A DNA stretch of 64,000 nucleotides from the human T2T-CHM13v2.0 reference genome, Homo sapiens. Position numbers and translations under genes: made by a program. The notes below the pieces were generated by a model. That model saw nothing but the letters and a program-made list of their open reading frames with translations. It ran no database searches and was not told the origin of the DNA. Below, piece after piece: positions 58,301 to 64,000 of the stretch. The stretch's first letter is position 1, and each line of letters begins with the position of its first letter. Location: assembly GCF_009914755.1 (NCBI RefSeq), contig NC_060947.1, one strand, 5' to 3'.

Positions 58301-61300
58301 CTAAGAGTCATAATGACATTTTATAAAGCATTTAGGAGGCCTAATCTGTACAGCATTTCTTGCATAAATTTTCTTTTATAAATTATTTCATGTCTTACAC
58401 AGACAAGCTACGACATGCCTTGACTTTCTGACTTGTCCTCAACATCCCTCTTTTTAGACAACCAGTTATTTTACTTTAGGACAAGACTTTACCATACAAG
58501 ATCCTTTATTATATAAAATCTCTTTTCTTTAATATCTTTTTGAATAGCTAGGCACATGGCTAATTTCATATGTCCCCAGGACTTATCTAGAATTTAACAC
58601 TCCAAAATAAATTGAATAATTTTTAAGTCAAAAGAAGCAGTTTATGACCTAAAGCATTTAGCAAACCTAATATTTGACCTGCATAATTTAGACCAAATGT
58701 TTACATTTTTGAAGATATTTATATTTTACCAATAATCTTTAAAACTCTCTTTATTTTTATACCTTTCTTCATATCTCTCTTATTTCCTGGTTTCTTTTAT
58801 CTTGTTTTATATATAACCTTTAAATAAGCTTTGAATTAGACAAAAATTAGTTACCCTTTAAAAAGGACACAATTTTTAGAAAGAATGTTTTCCTACAACA
58901 TATTTTTATTGGAAAATACCCAAATAATGAAATATCTGTTCTTTAACTTAATATAACTTTAGATTCTAAATTGTGACAAGTTTGTTTATGAATATTTACC
59001 CCATTACATTTATTTATTTATTTATTTTGATAATTTACCTGGTTATTTATGAAAACTGTGATAGTCATCATTTAAAGTCATGAAACTGCTGTTGCAAAAT
59101 TATAACTGAGATAGTGAAAATGATCTGACCTAACTAACTCCATCTTGCTTCTAACTTCCAAACTATTCTTGTTCATTAACTTAGTTTATAGTTTAGTTTT
59201 GAAACTAAGATGATAACAGTCCTTTCCCAGAACAAACTTCCTTCATGTCTGTGGACTAGACTGCCTAAGGCCACAAGATTAGAAGTTAGAGTATTTTACT
59301 AAGTAATTCAAGATGTAGCTGTCTTCATTAAACCAATATTAATGTTTTATTTATTAAAAATTACACCAGCAAAGATCATTTTGTTTTGGGCTGAGTTATA
59401 GTTTTGTAGCCTCTATGCCAAATTTTGACACCTTGTAGTATTTGGCAGAGATAAGTATGAAATTGCTTGATCAATAAATACAAACAAAAATTTATGCTGG
59501 CAACTATTAAGACATTTCTAATATTACTGTACCAATAATTTGTAAAGCTAGCTTATTTATTAAAGATTTTACTTAAGTCACAAAAACCTGAAAAACATTT
59601 GACTAGTCTTTCCTTTTTTCTGTTAAAGTATTTAAGTGTTTTTATTTTTCTTTGAGCCAATTAGAACTATTTTATATATTTTCAGTGGTGAAACATGGTG
59701 TGCACAAGACATAAATACATAGACGTATTAGGCATGAAGAACATTTTAAAGATTCATAAGACCTCCTTTGTCCTATCTTAGACTTGCAAACTCTTGATTA
59801 CCTGGTTTATTACTCTGGCAATTGTCAGCCAAATAGCCCTAAATCTGCATACTAAAGGAAACAACTCTTAGGTGAAAAATCAAATGGCAAAGTTTACATC
59901 TCAAGGTACACAGAGAAAAAGCCTGGGTGGTGCTAGAGGGAGATTAAAGATGGATGCCATATTGAACATAAAATTACATAAATTTATCATAGGATTGTAT
60001 AAGGAAACTAACTTTATTTAGATATTGACTACCTATCATTTAACAGAATCTTTGAGCTCTGGGCAGAGCCCAAACTGAATCCTGGGTTTGCAAAGGGGAC
60101 AATTATTATGAGGCTAGACCATGTGATGCTTTTACAGTGCCCTTAATTTTTTTTCCAAACAAAGACACTTGTAAGTGTCTAAATTACACTTTTTCCTAAA
60201 AACCCCAGAGTAGTTTCTGTTGCAATAGCTATTAATGAAGAAAACAGAATTCGGTCAACTGAGAAGGAAAAACATTTGCTCAAAAAGACAAGGTCCTAGG
60301 AGAGAAACAAGCAAAAGCAAAAACATGAAGCCTTTTTAAATACAAACATGCACACACACATATGCAAACCTTGGATGTTAGCTTTTAATTAAGCTGACTA
60401 TTAACAGCTGAGCTCCTCAAAAATGTATTTTTCCTTCCAAGGGGCCTCTCAGCAGGAATGGACCCAATACCTCCCATTTTCAAGTTTACATGGTATCAAA
60501 GGAATAAGACAGATACACAAATAAGTGGAGACAATTTTTGGACAACACAAGGGGGAGTGCACTCAGGCAAAACAGACTCAAAACCAGCTCAAAACCTGAT
60601 CTCAAACAAAATGCAAAACGGGTGTGTGAGCGAGCCCTGTTGCTTCCCTTGGTAGTACTAGACAAATGGCTTAACAAGTCCAGATAGGAAAACAATAGGC
60701 TCCTGGCATACAAACCGATTAACTCACTCTTCGAGCGTGTCTACTCCTAATCTCCGTTCTTCCCCAGTAGAGAAAGGGATGTGCAATTTTGCCCATGGGA
60801 CTACTCTCTGGAGAATCCCCAGGAAAATCTCACCTGCAGCTGCTGGCATCCGCCTGAAGACTGTCTCATTGCAAGCCACTGGCCACTGAACGCAGCACTG
60901 TCCTGGTCTCTCCTGACTGGCTTGCCAAATTTTGTTCCTGGACCAACCTGAGGGCCGAGCTGCTATTTCTCATGGCCCAGTAACAAGAAGCAGATGAACT
61001 GGGGAGGAAGAGAGTTTTTATTTCTGCAGCCAGTTACAGGGAGAAGGCCTGGAAATTATCGCCAGACTAACTCAAAATTACAAAGTTTTCCAGAGCTTAT
61101 ATACCTTCTAAGTTATATATCAATGTGGAAGTGTGCATTCATCTAAAGACATAAGTGATTAACTTCTTTTAATCTATAACTAAGGTCTGAGTCCTGAAGA
61201 CCTTCCTCTGGAGCCTCAGTAAACTGACTTAATCTAAATGAGTCCAGCTGCTGGGGTGATTACCCTTATCTTGTCTCCTACTAAATCACAGAGGTTTGGG

Positions 61301-61582
61301 GAGTTCCTTCAGACGCCCAGTAAACTTGTTTGTGGAGGCCTGGGGATTTTCTTCAGACCCACAATAAAACTTGTCTAATCCTAAATGGGTCTTGTTAAAA
61401 ATTCCTTCATTATTTTATCACGCTTTAAGGCCCAGGAAAGGCCTAGGCAAAACTCTTGGTGGGCTTTTGTTGCATCCCAACTTTGGCTAAGGGCACTGGC
61501 TTTTAATATTCAACTTAACCACTCGGTCAGTACTGAAACAGTTGTTACGGAGGCCTGTGTTAGTGAGACCTAGCTTGCCACA
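55313..61582 (-). mobile_element. Complete non-autonomous ERV1 provirus (PABL_A-like LTRs, MER4-group internal region)
   Basis: LTRs 55313-55943 and 60933-61582; perfect TSD TTAG; tRNA-Arg-type PBS at about 60909-60927; polypurine tract beside 55944. Confidence 0.85.
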
Positions 61583-62118
61583 TTAGGATGCATCTATCTT
61601 ATGTTGTGCGATATGATGTAATTGTCTTTTTTTGCATTGGCAAATGCAAAATCAAGCCAACTACCTTTATTTACATGCAAAGGAACGATCTGTATTTCAT
61701 TGAAAATTCTGTAGACTTGGGTTATGTATATGTACATATATTTTAAAAATAAATAGTGTGGTGTTGTATATGTTTATATACTTATTACATGAATATTGAT
61801 GATGAAGATATAGAGCATGTAAAATCGCTCAATTTCTCTCTGCACAAAATCGTTTCGGAAGTTGACCTTCAGAATTTATTAGCATCATTACTAATTGGCT
61901 CAAGTATTGACTTATGTGACCTTTATCAACAGCCTTAATTCAAATACTAAATCTAGCAGAAGTAGAACAGGCTCTGAAGTAGTTCATTTTATGCTCAATT
62001 TTTGTTATGAAAAAAATTAAAATATATGGGGGTAGAGAGAATAGTACAACAAACCACCATGTGCCTATTATCCACCTTCAACAATTATTAATGCAAACTC
62101 AATTTTGTTTAATCTAAG

Positions 62119-62335
62119 CCAATGATTCTTAAACAGTGTCAATTTTGCTCCCAAGTGGACCTTCATCAATGTTTAGAGACTTTTTTTTGTCACAACTGGT
62201 ATGCGTGAAGGGTACCACTAGCATCTAGTGGGTAGAGGCCAGAAATACTGATAAATATCCTATAATGCACAGTTGCCAATGGCAATGAATTACCTGGCCT
62301 GAAATGTCAGTGTTGGTGTTGTTGAAATATCTTGA
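62119..62335 (+). mobile_element. MER20 (hAT-Charlie)
   Basis: gcatctagtgggtagaggccag...cctataatgcacag. Confidence 0.75.
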
Positions 62336-62749
62336 TTTTCATCTTAATGCACTCTGCCCATTTCCCTGGATTAATGATGCAAACACCACATATCATATAA
62401 TTTCACAGATTTTTTTGGTGTCTATCTAAAAGAGAAGGAGGTTTTGAGGGATTTTTGAGCCATACTAACCAGATTCCTTCTTTATGTTGATTTGTTGCTT
62501 TGGCTTTGCTTTTTTCTTAGATGTGTACCTAGCCAGCCCCTGATCTGATATGTATCTCAAAGAGCTCTCCTCTGCAAACCACCTTGCCCAGTCTACCTTG
62601 CCAATGAATTTTTATTAGATTTGGCAAATGGAAGGCACTGAGTGGGAGAATGCTTCAGGTGGCATCTCTAACAATTTACTGAGTGGATATACCTCTTGCC
62701 TGCAGTTCACCTGTACTTGGTTGACTAGTGCCCGCCCCACCAACACACA

Positions 62750-63118
62750 CACACAAAACTCATGTCTACCCAGAAGCTGAGGACGTGACCAGATTTGGAA
62801 ATAGGGTCTTTGCAGACATAATTATATTAACATGAGGTCATGCTGGATGGACTAGGGTAGATCCTAAATCCAATTACTGGAGTCCTTATAAGAAGGAAAT
62901 TTAGAAACAGAGACATGGAAGAGGATGACTATGTGAGGATGGAGGCAGAAATTGTAATAATGCAGCAACAAGCCAATAAATACCAAAGATTGTCAACAAC
63001 CACCAGAAGCTAGGAAAATGTAAGGATATTTCTTCCTTCGAGTCTTCAGAGAGAGTGTTTCTTCTGACACCTTTATTTCAGACTCAGGATTCCTGAACTG
63101 TAAGAGAATGAATTTCTG
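62750..63118 (+). mobile_element. MLT1B/C LTR
   Basis: tttggaaatagggtctttgcaga...caccagaagctagg...ggaactaatgca. Confidence 0.8.
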
Positions 63119-63712
63119 TTGTTTTAAGGCCCTCAATTTATGATAATTTTTTACAACAGCCCAAAGGAACTAATGCATCACCCCTTTCTGGTCCTAGGTA
63201 GCAGAAGACAGCACCTGCTGTGAATCCAGGTTCTACTGGGAAGTCCTAGCTCCTCACCTCTGGTACCTCTTTATTCTTTCAGCCCTACAGACTGTACTGA
63301 CACCATATAATTGCTAATTTCTGAGTTGGCTCATCATCCTCAATTTTAATCCATCTGATGTTTTTATAACTAGCTCCCTGCAGTAAGTACTTTGTAATGA
63401 ACTATTTGATGTGAGTCTGTCTTCCCCACTGGATCCTCATACACATGGAAAATACAGCACTAAATTTAGTACATTTTGTAGAGAATATTAGTCATTAGTA
63501 CTTGCATTTACCTTCTCTGTTTCTAGAGGTTGGCTTCTTTGCAAAAGGATTGTTTTGATTCTACTTAATATTTTGCATTTTATATGAAAACTGACATAAA
63601 TTAATCTGCATAAGCATTATAATTTAGCACTTTATATTTGGTCAATACTTTGTAAATATTAGTTAGTGAAAGAAACACTAATTTTTATAGGAATGTAATA
63701 CAAAACTATGAA

Positions 63713-63935
63713 CCGGGGTCCACAAAGTTTTTCTGTAAAGGGCCAGTTAGTAAACACTTTAAGCTTTGCAGGCCATATAATCTCTGCCACAACTACTTAA
63801 CTCTGCTGCTGTACCATGAATGCAGTAATAGACAATATGTAAACAAGTGAGCATGGCTGTGTTCCAATAAAACTTTATTTACAAAAAAGGTAGTGGGTTT
63901 GATTTGTCCCACAAACCATAGTTTATTGACCCTGC
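63713..63935 (-). mobile_element. MER58A
   Basis: ttttctgtaaagggccag...gttccaataaaactttatttacaaaa. Confidence 0.8.
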
Positions 63936-64000
63936 TGTAAACTATCTAGACTTTTGATTCCGTATGCTCCGTTGATATCTCATATACACACTGCATGTGT

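Noticed and set aside
60909-60927. tRNA-Arg 3'-end match
   Set aside because: Retroviral primer-binding site, not a tRNA gene.

Overview
AT-rich, repeat-dense primate (human-like) genomic DNA with no intact protein-coding gene that I can support. Most of the window is transposon-derived: L1PA/L1M/HAL1, L2, MIR, six Alus, MaLR/ERVL/ERV1/ERVK LTRs and Tigger/hAT/mariner MITEs. It includes two complete proviral-type elements with perfect TSDs (an MST element at 44656-47916 and a PABL_A-like ERV1 at 55313-61582), a CpG-rich LTR12C solo LTR and a twin-primed inverted L1. The main unexplained signal is in the unique DNA between the repeats: a series of minus-strand AG...GT-bounded exon-like blocks from about 39.3 kb (possibly 54 kb) to the left edge, several of which join in phase. 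They translate, through many stops and frameshifts, into motifs that resemble the otoancorin/stereocilin/mesothelin superfamily in a plausible order. I read this as a heavily decayed, unprocessed (possibly unitary) pseudogene; the family call is inference from recalled sequences and needs a profile search. Repeat subfamily names are likewise from recalled consensus sequences, not from a RepeatMasker run.
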